Assembly: GCA_945896765.1 (NCBI GenBank)
Contig: CAMDEL010000001.1
Location: 1 to 33,906, forward strand
DNA from: Singulisphaera sp. GP187
GTDB lineage: Bacteria > Planctomycetota > Phycisphaerae > Phycisphaerales > SM1A02
Reading direction: 5' to 3'
Length of the DNA stretch: 33,906 nucleotides
In this document: one piece after another, positions 33,581 through 33,906 of the stretch
How the letters are laid out: the number at the start of each line of letters is the position of its first letter
How positions within the stretch are numbered: the first letter of the stretch is position 1
Notes under the pieces: model-generated
What the model was told of the DNA's origin: nothing
What the model saw: only the letters and a program-made list of their open reading frames with translations
Database searches by the model: none
Position numbers and translations under genes: made by a program

Positions 33581-33906
33581 GTGAGCACTCTCGATCCGTT
33601 TCAAGCAAAGTCCACCATTCGTACCGCAAACGGAGATCGAACGATCTGGAAGTTGAGTGCGTTGAAGTCCGTGGGCAACATCGATCGACTGCCATATTCC
33701 ATTCGCGTTCTCTTGGAAAGTGTGCTGCGAAATCTTGATGGTCGAATCTATACCGAGGATCATGTGCGAGCTCTTGCGCAGTACGACCCAGCGAAGCCGA
33801 GCGACGAAGAAATTCCTTTCATGCCAGGACGAGTGGTCTTACAAGATTTCACTGGTGTTCCTTGCGTTGTTGATCTTGCTGCGATGCGTGGTGCGATGAA
33901 GCGAAT
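33581..33906 (+). CDS. acnA: Aconitate hydratase A, 5' fragment that continues beyond the window
   Basis: The GTG start is preceded by GAAGGAG. N-terminus includes LPYSIRVLLES and IPFMPGRVVLQDFTGVPCVVDLAAMR. Confidence 0.9.
   Translation, partial: MSTLDPFQAKSTIRTANGDRTIWKLSALKSVGNIDRLPYSIRVLLESVLRNLDGRIYTEDHVRALAQYDPAKPSDEEIPFMPGRVVLQDFTGVPCVVDLAAMRGAMKR

Overview
This looks like a core chromosomal segment from a bacterium, with no recognisable mobile DNA. My guess is the PVC/Planctomycetota-like lineages, based on low-complexity tails on ribosomal proteins, an ECF-type sigma factor and RNase Y; this is inference only.

Layout:
1. 86-15821 (+): one long S10-spc-alpha ribosomal superoperon. 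Order is rpsJ-rplC-rplD-rplW-rplB-rpsS-rplV-rpsC-rplP-rpmC-rpsQ-rplN-rplX-rplE-rpsN-rpsH-rplF-rplR-rpsE-rplO-secY-map-infA-rpmJ-rpsM-rpsK-rpoA-rplQ. The usual rpmD, adk and rpsD are absent from their canonical slots.
2. 15876-16868 (-): pheS alone, without pheT, behind a repeat- and hairpin-containing leader.
3. 17262-18441 (+): an ECF-type sigma factor gene that overlaps an unknown 156-aa ORF.
4. 18445-26355 (-): a tightly packed arginine cluster, argR-argC-argB-argF-argG-argH(GNAT fusion)-argJ. It lacks argD and has an ARG-box/promoter upstream of argR.
5. 26356-27194: an ~840-bp non-coding interval filled with nested tandem repeats. It includes a duplicated 127-nt imperfect palindrome that folds best as a minus-strand RNA.
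6. 27195-29997 (-): rny, a TM2-domain protein and rsmA.
7. 30322-33485 (+): an internally duplicated ABC-2-type permease translationally coupled to a GIDE-like/LemA fusion protein.
8. 33581-33906 (+): the 5' end of acnA.

I recognised no rRNA, tRNA, CRISPR array, transposase or integrase.

The most unusual material is:
- the structured repeat locus between rsmA and argR
- the abundance of perfect short tandem repeats, including one inside the essential map gene
- loss of zinc ligands from both S14 and L36
- the orphan permease plus GIDE-LemA pair

All calls come from reading the translations and sequence by eye. No database search was run.
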